The notes beneath the pieces were generated by a model. It saw nothing but the letters and a program-made list of their open reading frames with translations. It did not search any database and was not told where the DNA came from. Of a stretch of 64,000 nt of DNA, positions 46,165 through 57,623 are shown piece by piece; the first letter of the stretch is position 1; each line of letters begins with the position of its first letter. Made by a program: the position numbers and the translations under genes. The stretch comes from Cladosporium halotolerans (lineage: Eukaryota): NCBI RefSeq assembly GCF_011745625.1, contig NW_027191453.1, forward strand, positions 806,001 through 870,000, in the 5' to 3' direction.

Positions 46165-49100
46165 TCTGGCCTTTGGACCAAACTGGGGTTTTCTGCTTCT
46201 ATGTGCGGTCTCGCTTTCCGCAAGAATCTTGCCTGTCGCCAAAGCATCGAGCGACTGAATGCTGGACAAAAGTAAGACTCATCTCAAGCCCGTTCACCGA
46301 CAGCGCCCTTTGGCTTCTTTGAGAATTGCGGACCAGCGCTGCCAATGGACACAGCAACAGCGGCATCGACTCTTGCCTCCAGCGTGGCCAAGGAACCCTC
46401 TTGGAGACCTAGGTGCCTCATCACACGCTTGCTTTCCCAAGGGCGAGGATCACTCGCGGTGCTCAAAATCGCAAATCGTTGCATTGGCGTCATCTCGCTT
46501 GGCACCTCCGGTCGATAAAGCTTCGAAATATCGGCGCTGTCAAGTTTTGCAGGCGGTACGTGATAGCTGTCATGGCCGACGAGAAAATGAGCAGCTGTGG
46601 TACGCTCATGAAACTGCGAGGCCTCAGAGCGGATTAGGTTGACTGTCATGTTGGAGTCTGGCTGTATACGAGTCAGGCTTGTCTGAAGTCTTATTGCTGG
46701 GAGGAGGCCTGAGCGTAGCTACGTACAGCTTCCGGCCCTGCATCGAGGCGATGCAAATTGGATTTGGACAATGAAGTAAGCGCGACAGGCCTTGCGCTCA
46801 AGTCGCCCTTTTGATGAGATGTGACGTCGGGCTGCATTGCAACTCTCTGGCGAACAATCGGTAAAGACTGAGGGGCGAGATGAGAGGGCATTCACACTTA
46901 GATGTTCCACATCCCTCAGCTTGTACATGACGAGAAAGAGCCACGTCTGTCTGCGTGTATGCAGAGACGAAGTTCCCATAGTACCTGTCGGTAATCATCT
47001 CAAAGGCAGCCATCAATCTTCACCTGGCCAGGTAAAGAAGACACCACATGTACCAGCAGACGCATCTGGTGAGGCAAAATGGGTCTGCCGGCACCAGAGA
47101 CCCGAAGATCTGGATAACAACCACGCACTACCGATTGGAAGCCGTCCCATGTAAACTGTCGGCAAATCGTTCATGGGCAGCCTCCCGTCTTCATCTGGCC
47201 TCGTCCAGGGTGCGCCATGCATTGGCTGGCGGAAGTGATCGAGTCGAGCGGACCGGATCACCCGCTCCAAGAAATCTGAGCATTTGGGCAGGAATCCCAC
47301 TCCAGCTGCATGCAGTCGCTCCGATTACCGCGTCGCCACCAGAACGAGCCGGCACATGAGCACATTCGAGTGGTACACATGCAATCCTGCCGCCGGCCCA
47401 CGCTTCCGCATCGCAAGTACCGAAGATCGGCACTGTGTGGTGCGTCGGGGCAAGCGGATGCAAGATAATGCTCGTGGCCTATTCAGCCATGAGCCACCTA
47501 GGTGACAGCGGGGCTTCGGAAGCATGCATAAAGCCCACAATGCTTGCAGGACGTGTGCTGCCGGGAGGGTCGCGAATAGGCTCACGTCGCGGACCACAGC
47601 TATGGGCCGCGTTCCGCGGCCTCTGCCTCGCACGGCAGTCTTGCATGTCAACCATGTCAGCACGGTATTTGCAGATGCCTGTTGTTCCGAATTGTCGGTA
47701 GCCGAGGACGAAAGAAGGCAGCACGAGTGAGCGTGCGCTGCCATGCTGCGGCACGATGTGGGATGTCGCCTCGCGGCGAGGCTGAAACGACGCAGCGGTG
47801 AGCCGATCGCGTTCATCGGCGGCCAGGCCTCGCTAACGAGATCTCTGCAACCGAAGAGTCGGATCGTAGCAGAAATGGTTTGCTGCATGATGACTCACGC
47901 AGAACATCATGGCGTGATGTCTTCAAACTTCCACCCTCACAACAAAGGTCGCAGGGCGAAATCGGGTCTCATCGACCTCTAGCCCCTATTTGACCTCGAT
48001 CGTTTGCGTCGAGAATTGCACGCGCGCCCGGCATAGCACCAAGCCTTTCACGACGCGGTCCTCGCGTCATTACACTGCAAACCGCCTTCCCGCATGCCGA
48101 GGCGGGACGGTGATACCGGGAGTGGCACTGCTAGGAACGGGGCAAGGCCGCAACACTGCTTGAGGCTACTTGCATGGGAGTTAGGATACGGCGCCCAACG
48201 CATGAAGATTACTCGAGGGTTGGCAACAGTTCTCTAGATTCCCTGGAAATGAGGTGAAAGTATCAAATTGTTGTGCGCGGCGCGAGTAGCAGGGTACCGT
48301 TCGTTGCCCACAGCTGGCCTGGCGTTCGTCTCGCCGTACATGGAGTTGCTCAAATGAGCGCTCCAACGAAATGGCGATGTTTTGAACTATACGGTCTCAG
48401 TATCAGATTCTGTCAACCAGCTCGCCGGTATTAGCCATGCTGGTAATTTCCAATATTCGCGCTGTATCGCGTACATGCGGAGCAGTTTTTGTCGCTGTGT
48501 ATGCAATATCATGTGAATCTGGAGCCCTCTGAACGACCTACACATCGTATCTACGTACCGTCAGGCTCCAACAAGACTGCTCGAATGTTACTATAGAGGC
48601 TCAACAGCACAGTAACGATATCGACAAGGCTCCGTAGTTGCGCAGCTGAAGTGAGGTCCCTCGGTGGGAAGTCCCGACAGCATTCGCTACGTGCGGCTGA
48701 TCGACACACAAGCAAGGTCCTTGGTCGCGTAACAAGAACACCGAGTGAAGTGGTTCACTTGGCAAACCATTAGCCTTCGAAGAGAGTTTCCTGGCTGGGA
48801 CCCTGACAGTGGCGCAGCGCCAATACATCCAAGCGTTGATTCAGCGCAGCCAGAGGAACAATGTGGAAATCCTCCAAGGTGTCCCAAGAGAAAAAACGAA
48901 GAAAAAAAACGTTGGCGCGGAAATCGGTCGGGCTCGTCGTCGTTTCTTCGCCACCAATCTTGCTGATCGCCGTTCAATGAAGAATGCCAATGCCGCTGCC
49001 ACGGTCGAGATGAGATATCAGGGGATATCCGTTTGTCAAACATTAGTAGGCCTCCCTACTGTAGTCTGTATGCAGGGTGGTCAATCAATTAGCCTTCCGT

Positions 49101-50734
49101 TAGCTTGAGGCGCATGCCAACTGATCAGCCCTTTGGTTAGGCTTTTCGGTGACGGTTTAGCCAAGACGACTAGCGGGTTGGGTACAGAATGAGCGTTGTG
49201 ATGCTCAGAGCTCTCTACCGCGCTAGGTGCGGAGAAAGGCGTGGTGTGACGATTCTTTTGTGAGATGAGGAGTGAGGGTAGAGCTCTGGTCGTGCTGTTT
49301 GAGCTTGCAGCTTCAACATCGAGCTGCGAAAATAGCATCGCCTCAATGTGAGAGTGTTGACCGTAAGGCGGCCACCTCCTGAACGAACGACATCAACATC
49401 AAGAAAATCCATCGCGATCAATTCCGCACTCTGCCAAGGGCGCTGTCGTACGTGGCGGTTCATTTCCACTCCCTTCCCACAAGATGAACGATGCGGATCT
49501 TGCGCAGCAAACGTCCGCCGCAGGAACAAAGTCACCCCGCCTCAAGTCTGGAGATGAGATCAGAAGTCTGCGCCGGTCTGGACTTGGGCGCTGGGCATGG
49601 GAGCAGCGCAGTCCGCCTAGCGCTCGTCTTACAACGCCGCGATATCATCTGACCCAACCTAGAGCGACAGACCAATCTTCCAAGTCGTCCGCAGAGCTCC
49701 GCAACAGTCGAAGGCCATCCAGGCCAAGCACCGCCAGGTTTAAAATTGGATCCCGGAGGCTGATCGTGCTTGCTGCAAGCACGCACCTTGTCTGGCGGCC
49801 TGCACGGCTCTTGAAGTCGCCGAGCAAGCCCAAATGGCGTCTTGCTCTTGGTGTGCCGGCGAGGCTTTACCAGGAACCACGGGCGGCGGCGCAGTGGTCA
49901 TTGGCCGAGTGTATTTGACATCTGGGAGTCTATAAGACACAAGGAATGCCATGCAATTGGGCGCAGCCTATTCGAGACCGGGCGTTACCCAGAACGGATG
50001 ATCGACACGTCCCGTCGGAGAAAAAGGATGGCGCCGCTTTCGCTAGGCATGCTGTCTTGAAAGAGGTGATATTGATGAAGTCGGAGGCGATCAGAGTAAT
50101 GTACGCGGTTATTGTCGAGTAAAAGTGTGAGAGGGGGTGATGCACTGCAAAATCTTGTAATATCATCTCGAAAGTCAGATTTACGTCGAGAAATGAATCG
50201 GCGACATTGACATCAAAGGAATGCTACTGTGCAGTCATTCTCACTACTTCCAAGAAACCCGCAGGAGATCGCCCTCCCAAAATCTGGAGAAGCGTCCCAA
50301 AGCGGCGGCTCCCAAGACCTCAAGACACTTGGGGGATCGTCTGGGGTCTTGGTCTTAGCAAACGTGCCCCCGAACTCTAACACGCAACAACACACCACGC
50401 GCACGCTCTCTCCCCTCAGACACCCCAAAGTCACGCACGCTTGCGGAGAGTAGGGGCCGTTAGGCGGCGACGGGGGAATGTCACTCGCGCCTCTCTTTGG
50501 AATCGGCCGCCGTGGCGCTGGCCGTGCGGGAGGACGTTTGACGTGAGCCAAGTGGGCGGCGAGAATGCGCAGCTTGATGCTGTTTATGGTGCACGGTTCT
50601 GGTGAAGAAGGTATATATCACGTCGTTCGCGGCGGTCGAGGTTGTCGTTTGTTCATCCCATCACAGTCGCTCACCAACCAAATCAGACCAGTCTTTTCAC
50701 CGACCAACAACACCAACACCACACATCAGTCAAG

Positions 50735-51388
50735 ATGAAGTTCTCTCTCGCCGTCGCCGCGTCCATGGCCGCTTCCGCCATGGCCACTCCCATCTGGGGC
50801 CAGCACTGGGGCCAGAAGTGGGGCAACAAGCAGGAGGAGGGTGAGTTCTTCCACCAACACCCCCAATCAACCTCCCACACAACGATACTAACACCCTCTC
50901 CAGTCGCCAAGAAGGGCCCCTTCAAGTTCACCTCCACCTACGAGGTCAAGGCCACCCCCGACCAGGTCGTCAACGCCACCAACGCCTACACCGGCGGTCT
51001 CGCCGGCGCCTCCGGCCTGTACAAGTTCGGCCTCAACAGCGACGAGAACGTGATCTGCTACAACATCACGCTCTACAACTTCCGCGGCGACTACCAGTCC
51101 CCGGCCTCGACCGCGACGCACATCCACGAGGCCGCCAAGGGCAAGTCCGGCCCGCCGCGCATCGCCTTCCCCAACCCGCAGCCCATCTGCGACGGCGTCC
51201 GCCGCTCCATCGGCTGCATCCAGGGCACCAAGGACGGCTTCGTCACCGGCGTCAAGAACATGACCACCGGCATCGACGCCGGCTTCGGCTTCCAGGTCAA
51301 GCGCATCGAGGACAACCCCGCCGGCTTCTTCGCCGACGTGCACTCTTCGCTCGCCGTCCCTGGTGCCGTCCGTGGCCAGATTGCTTAG
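50735..51388 (+). CDS. Secreted CHRD-domain protein; probable 63-nt intron 50841-50903
   Basis: Signal peptide MKFSLAVAASMAASAMA, ICYNITL...ATHIHEAAKGKSGPPRIAFPNP and FFADVHSS....GAVRGQI (CHRD signature). TATATA lies upstream at about 50612. Confidence 0.88.
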   Translation: MKFSLAVAASMAASAMATPIWGQHWGQKWGNKQEEGEFFHQHPQSTSHTTILTPSPVAKKGPFKFTSTYEVKATPDQVVNATNAYTGGLAGASGLYKFGLNSDENVICYNITLYNFRGDYQSPASTATHIHEAAKGKSGPPRIAFPNPQPICDGVRRSIGCIQGTKDGFVTGVKNMTTGIDAGFGFQVKRIEDNPAGFFADVHSSLAVPGAVRGQIA

Positions 51389-52310
51389 ATGCTTCCTTGA
51401 ATGAAGAGGGGAAGGGGTTTGTTGACGACAAATTGATCAAGACCGCCGCTGAGTGGGGAGCCTGACCTGGAAGGAATGGGTTCCAGGCGAACTAATACTT
51501 TTCGTATCTCTCTCGTACACGCTGCGCTGCTTTCCGCAAGCGTTAATCAGGATGTTCATTAATTCAAATCGAAACGGGCCTTGGGCTTGCAGATTTTTGA
51601 TGAACGTGCTCTTTCTTCCAATCAATTTTTCAATGGTTCAGTTGCTCCTGTCATTGGATTGTTACCTGGCCAGCGCGTCGTTTTGTGAAATGCTGCGGAG
51701 GATTGAATCGTTCCCTCTCCCGCAGAGCTCTTGCACGCTTCGTAGTTCCGGTCCACAACGTCGCGGACTTCGCGTTGCGGGCTTCGCCCGCGCAGATGCC
51801 ATGCGATCTTTTGAAACGATGGGATAAAGAACGACGTGCAGAGAAAATCAACAGGAGAGTCGATGTTGAAACAAAAACAATATCGAATTCGTGCATACAT
51901 TAATAATATCAGCCCTCAACTGAGGTCCTTTGTCCGAAGCTATGTACATAATCACAAGACAATCAAGGAAAAACTAGTAGGTGGTATTGACATGCGACGA
52001 CAAGGAGATATGTGGCGATGAGCCGGGTGATGCAAAAAGCAGATGATGCAAACGATGCAATAGAAAAAGGAAAGAGAATTAAGAGACGATTCTGTGCGCT
52101 CGAAAGCGCAGCAGCCGCTTGCCAACGCCGTGCTTTCGGGTGTGGGTATGCCGATGCCGAAAACAGAAATCAGTAATGACTAAAGGGAAGGAAATAGCGG
52201 TATGTTTGGGTGTCGTCGACCGGATGAGAGAGATAAGCAAGTGATGGCCCATCGTGAAGCCGTCCCTGCGTGACTTTTTTGAAACCAAGGAGATAGAAGT
52301 CATCATCCGC

Positions 52311-54215
52311 TCACAGGATAGGAGACTCGTCGTAATCAGCATCGATCGCCTTCGGCTCGACGACCTCGTATCCATCGCGCGAAGTCTCTTCTGGGAATCG
52401 CTCCTCGATCGAGGTGCGCGGAGGGAGCGACTGCACTTCTTTGGCGTCCTTGAAAACGGCGTCGTCGTCTTGAGGGTCCTCGCGAGCGGTTACTTCCGCG
52501 TGCGCTTCGCCTTCGGGGTCCTCTTCGAGAACGCCGTCGACGCCGGACGCCTTGGATTTGCCCTTGTTGGTGAAAGAGGAGTTACGGCTTGGTTCAGCCG
52601 GGGGGTTCTCGGGTGCGGTTATGTAGAGTTCTCCGTCTCGTTCGGTTCCCGGAGTGCTCTTCTTCCTGACGCTCTTGGCTTTCGAGCTTGAGGTGGCCGC
52701 CGTGACGTATCCGCTCGCGTCGGTCTCGCTGCTGTGTTGCTGCTCTCGGCGGTCATCGTGTTCAGGGTGATCGTGTAGATCCGGTGCAGGCTGTGTGTGG
52801 TGCTGTTTGCTTCGGAAGGAATCCTCTTCGTGTCCTGGGGACGCTGGGTCCAGTCCTTGCCACCTCGTGGGGTTCCAGTGGTCGTTGTCGGTGGCGTGCA
52901 GCGTCTCGCCACGTCGAGCCATGCTCTTGATATCTGACCAGTACTCCAGGCGCTTGACTTGCTCGTCTGCTGCTTCGACAGCTTTAAGGAGGTTGTCCGC
53001 TTGTTTTGCTGCAGCTTCGTGTTTCTTCTTCGTCGCTTCGTCTGAATGCATGTGATCGGACAGACTTTCTTTGCGTGCTTTTGTTTGGTCGAAGTGTTGG
53101 ATCAGCTCTGCCAGGAGGTGTCGGCGTGACGATTGGTAAACCAAGAGAGACATAATATCAGGCATGCGCTCTGACAGGTAGTAGAGATCATCTCCGCCCT
53201 GGTCGACGAATTTCCGGACAGCGACCAATTTCTCGCGATCAACTGCTGCTTTACGCACCAGGCGAAGGAGGGTCCCAATGTCTGCGATCTCAGCATCATT
53301 CACTTCGGGCTCCTCGTCCTGAAAGCCTCGGGCTCGAAGTGCAGAGTAGGCGAGGCTGCCGTTGGGAGAACGTCCACTTAGGGTCTTGGGGTGGATTGTA
53401 AAGTAGTCGGAATTCAGCTCGTGACCTCGCTCCTTGGTTTTGTGTGAGGTATGCTTTCGCACTCTTTTCCGCAACCATCTTCTGCGCCGTACGAACGAGT
53501 GGAACCAAGGGTGGCTGCCGTGCCAGGCGACGGTCTTCTGGAACGAAAAGCTGTACTCCCAACCTTCCTCATCCACGTCGCGACTCATGTCGACATACCA
53601 ACTTTTCCACGCCCACTCCCAGCTAGGATCCGGTACTTGGGCGTTTCGAATGTCGGAGGGTGATGTTCGGAATGCAGCATTTTGCCAGGGTTTCGGGTCG
53701 AAGTTCAAGAGGGAGCTGCTGCTGAACATGGGTATGCCGAAGAGGAAAGCACCGCGCTGGTTCTCGTACAGTATGTCGATCACAGAGTCGTCCTCCTCTC
53801 CACGTCCCAGCGTTCGCTTGCGATTCAGGACCTTCTTCGCCCTTGCTTTCCCCCGCTCGATGTAGCCTTTCTGTGTAGGGATTGCCTCTTGGCTGTTTTG
53901 AGGATCGGCACTGGGTTCTCTAGCAGGGGTCGATTCTCCATTGCTGTAACGGTGCTGCTGGAAGCGGCGGTACTTTTGGCGATTGACTTGGTGTCGCACG
54001 GAGTTCTGCACGGAAGTGCGACTGACTTTATGAAAGAGCGGCTCGGTAGATGAAGTGTCTACTCGTTCGGCGTCGCTTAGTCCATCCTCGGATGTTCCAG
54101 CAGAGGTGCGATCGGGTGTGGTGTTGTCAAGGAGCGTAACTTGGTTCTGGGCTTTGAGCGTCGCGGCATCTGGGGTGCTGCTGACGAGGTGCCGCAGAGA
54201 AGAGGGGCCCGACAT
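52311..54215 (-). CDS. Dysferlin (DysF)-domain protein, Mug65/Spo73-like
   Basis: DILYENQRG...FGIP.FS...LL..DP..W...VPDPSWEWAW..WYVDM..DVDEEGWEYS...FVRRRRWLRKR forms a DysF domain with disordered flanks. Confidence 0.85.
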   Translation of the reverse strand: MSGPSSLRHLVSSTPDAATLKAQNQVTLLDNTTPDRTSAGTSEDGLSDAERVDTSSTEPLFHKVSRTSVQNSVRHQVNRQKYRRFQQHRYSNGESTPAREPSADPQNSQEAIPTQKGYIERGKARAKKVLNRKRTLGRGEEDDSVIDILYENQRGAFLFGIPMFSSSSLLNFDPKPWQNAAFRTSPSDIRNAQVPDPSWEWAWKSWYVDMSRDVDEEGWEYSFSFQKTVAWHGSHPWFHSFVRRRRWLRKRVRKHTSHKTKERGHELNSDYFTIHPKTLSGRSPNGSLAYSALRARGFQDEEPEVNDAEIADIGTLLRLVRKAAVDREKLVAVRKFVDQGGDDLYYLSERMPDIMSLLVYQSSRRHLLAELIQHFDQTKARKESLSDHMHSDEATKKKHEAAAKQADNLLKAVEAADEQVKRLEYWSDIKSMARRGETLHATDNDHWNPTRWQGLDPASPGHEEDSFRSKQHHTQPAPDLHDHPEHDDRREQQHSSETDASGYVTAATSSSKAKSVRKKSTPGTERDGELYITAPENPPAEPSRNSSFTNKGKSKASGVDGVLEEDPEGEAHAEVTAREDPQDDDAVFKDAKEVQSLPPRTSIEERFPEETSRDGYEVVEPKAIDADYDESPIL

Positions 54216-54980
54216 GGCGGCGGTGAGGCATTAAGGGTGGTCGCAAAGGAAAGACGTGTAGGGCTGAAGAGTGGATGTGATCGCTCTCCAAGTGGGCAGA
54301 CCGAGGTGGGCACCGTGGTGCGACGGTTTGCGATGGCGGCTGGGGCAGCTGCTACGGTACAAGGTACGCTGCAGCTTCGTGCCGTGTCTTGTCGCTGCGG
54401 TCGCCGGTAGGAGTCACGCCGACGAAGGCACTCATGACTTCCGCGCAGGCGACGACATGAGATGTTGGAGTGCAGGCTGCAGGAAGCGTTGGGTCTCGTC
54501 ACGGCAGACGGCAGACGGCAACAGCAAACAACGGGCAGCGCTTGGCCTCAGGTCTCCCGCGTGAGGCTGTTGCGGGCGGTTGCTGCGCAAAAGCGCGGGT
54601 CGCTTGAGATGGCGATCTGCTCCTGAGGTCATGGCGCTTTGGCTAGCTCCGGGATCACCCTCTAGCGCGCGCTCCTCGTGGGCCAATCTCGGCGGTGATC
54701 GGGGCCGGCCGATTGGGCGGTGGCGCGAGCGCAGCCAGCGGTCCAGACGAGGCCCGCGCCTGTCAGCTCCCCGCATGAGGTACGTCACCGGCGCGTGGTC
54801 TCGCATCGCATCCAAGGAACACGGGAACCAGCCTACGAGGCTAGGAGCTGCCTACAAAACACCTCGCCCCTTCAGTCCTGCAGTTCCTGCTGACCAGTCA
54901 CACTAAAAACACAAAACAAGCATTGAGCTCCTCTTATCCCTACCATCCCCCGAAGAGCCCACACAACTCCATCAACAAGC

Positions 54981-55510
54981 ATGTCCAGAGCTCTGAAGAT
55001 CGGTGGTGGTATTGCCGCGGTCGGCGCCGGCTACTACTTCTACCAGGCCGGCGGTGACCCCAAGGCCGCCCAGAAGAGATTTGAGGGTATGGTAGCTCTC
55101 ATGATTTCGTGTGCAACATCAGCTGACCCCTTCTCGCAGCCGACGCCGCCAAGCTCAAGCACGACGCGAAGAACGACGCTCCCAGCAAAGGCACCGAGAT
55201 TCGCAAGGACGCCGAGGTGCTCGCCGCCGACGCTGGCAAGGAGGCCGACAGACTCGCTGCGCAGGCCCGCGATGGCACCCACAAGGTGGATCAGAAGCTG
55301 GAGGAGTACCGCGCGAGGGCCGAGAAGGGCATCGACCAGAGTCTTAAGACGACGGGCACCGAGCTGAACAAGGCCGTGGACGCGTTCGACAAGAACGTAG
55401 AAAAGGTGAGTTAGCCCGGCTTCAGCCATACTGAAATGATTCTGACGGGCGTCTAGGGCGCCGAGAAGGCCAAGAGCGGCATCTCCAGCTGGTTCGGTGG
55501 CAGCAAGTAG
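54981..55510 (+). CDS. Small LEA-like helical protein with N-terminal membrane anchor (type often annotated as 'calcofluor white hypersensitive protein'); exons 54981-55086, 55140-55405, 55457-55510
   Basis: The spliced product is MSRALKIGGGIAAVGAGYYFYQAGGDPKAAQKRFEADAAKLKH...ELNKAVDAFDKNVEKGAEKAKSGISSWFGGSK. Both introns are canonical. Confidence 0.85.
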
Positions 55511-55972
55511 CCGTGTCCTAGGACTGACTGGCGCGTTTGTCACGAGGCTCAGAATGGACGAGTGTAACGATATTACTATTAATTGAAATCTGGTTTCTCT
55601 CCCATTGCAAGGATTGTCTTAACTGCGGCTCAGTGAGGTCTCCAAACATCCCATGCTCTCATATCGCAGGATTAGGTCACATCGAATCAGACCTGTGTTC
55701 ACACCTGGCTCTCAGTCACGTCACGAGGGAAGGTCTGATTTTGCAGTGAGTAAGGGTCTGCGCAAAACACATGCGTTGCTCTTCATGGCTTGAGCGAACA
55801 CATGCTCGCTGCGATCCCATCATCATTCCTTTCCCGTGCTTATGTGTGCCAAAACACCTAGGACTACTTCTTCTACATGCCAGTAAAGCTTACACTACAG
55901 GCCCACAACAACCCAGTCAAATCAGTTGACAAGGAAGTCGCCAATCTATCCAAAATTGCCGATAAGCCCACC

Positions 55973-57404
55973 ATGCCACTCAACAGATGGCTCGCAGCAC
56001 TGTTCATCCAGCAGCTGTTTATCCACGCCATTGCGACAGGCGCCGGATCTGGATCTGAGCCGCCAGCCCCTACTTCGACCAGCATCCCTTCACCGCCGTC
56101 CTGCCGCCCGAGCACCACCTGGTCGGGCGGGGCCCATTGCGCTCCATCGCCGAGTTCTGGTTACGTTTGGTCAAACGAGCTTCGGGTCAGAATCAGTTGC
56201 GAGTGAGGGGGCCACGGGAGTGACTTCGGAAAACCAGCCAAAATCGAGCACCAGCAACTCGACGAATGCGACCATGCCATCCGACTCCACTGCCATTTCC
56301 GTGACAAAAACGAGCCCAGAGTCAGCCACAACTTCTGACCATGGAACAACACACAGCGAGCCTACACAGGAGGAAACTTCATGTAGCACTACATCTTTGA
56401 CGTCGAGTACTACTATGAGCGCCGGATCAATTTTGTCGGAATCTTCGGATGGGCTGAGGCTCACCTCTAGACTCTCGGACCTCTTTCATCGTGTTAATGA
56501 TGGAAAAGCATTACTACGGCGCTTGGTCGAGGGCTGGGACCTTGGACAGTGAGGGAATGGCGGGTATTCAGATCAAGGCAGCTTTGCGATGAGGGACTCA
56601 GATGCAGCTTGTGAATCGTCGAAGATCACAGCAGAGGCTCATGATCATAATGAACGTTTTGCACGAGACGACTCGACCACAATCAGTAGCCCAATCCACC
56701 TACTCACACCATCTCGCAACATCACGAGCTCGAAGACCGTGACGCAGACTTTCATTGTCTCTCCCGTACCGCCGTCACGAAGCGAGAACTTATCCTCGAC
56801 TTCTTTGGAAGGAAGCCCAGCCATCGCCGCTGCGACGGATGGTACAACGGATGACGATGTGAAGAGTTGCACTCGAGCGTTCATTGAAGGGAGAGCAGCA
56901 TCTGTTACTATTCCGTCGTCGTGCTTTGCGTATGAGCCGCTCTCCAGCGATGGACTAGCCGGCAAGGGCTCAACTGCTACGTCTGCAACCTCTCAAGAAG
57001 CACAACCGCTTCCGCTCACCACAGCTTCGACCAAAGACACGTCAACGACACCCCACAACACCCTACCAACACCAACTGGAACCCAAGAAAATCATGACAA
57101 GCCACTTTCTCAGCCCACAGCAGAACGATCGCAGCCAAGCTCCCCAACTGAAGGCATCTCCAACCTACTTGGCATCAATTCAACAGCCTCAAGGAGCTCG
57201 CCCTCATCCTCCCCACCAACCCATTTCGTAACCCTCCTCGCAACAGCGAAGACGACAGCCAACCCGACACCGACCTCGATCACTCAGTCGCGTCGCGGCG
57301 ATAACAATAGAGTGCAAGCCGCCGGCTGCGCGATGCCTTCTGGATTGATTGAAGGACGGTTCTGCAGAGTACAGGCGGGGAATGCAGGGCGCGGAGGACC
57401 GTGA
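55973..57404 (+). pseudogene. Disrupted Ser/Thr-rich secreted-like protein (frameshift near 56150 and in-frame TGA at 56550-56552)
   Basis: A signal-peptide-like start (MPLNRWLAALFIQQLFIHAIA) is followed by three Ser/Thr-rich ORF pieces. The second and third are in the same frame, separated by one TGA. I found no convincing introns. Confidence 0.45.
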
Positions 57405-57623
57405 CTGTGACGAAAAGACTTTGTCCTGCTCAGGGCTTTGTCTGAAGGCAGCTTTCTTGATTTGTTCTACGTCGATCCCCTTTGGATAGGAAACGATAGG
57501 GCCAGTGACACAGGCAATACTATGGCGAGAAGGGTATACATAGAGCTCGCGAGGCAGACACTATTCTAGCTACACCAAACCTCCAACCACCCATCCATCC
57601 CAAACCCATCACATCCCCACACC

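Noticed and set aside
50790..50830. WG repeats (WGQHWGQKWGNK) as Argonaute hooks
   Set aside because: They follow a signal peptide in a secreted protein, so they are in the wrong compartment.
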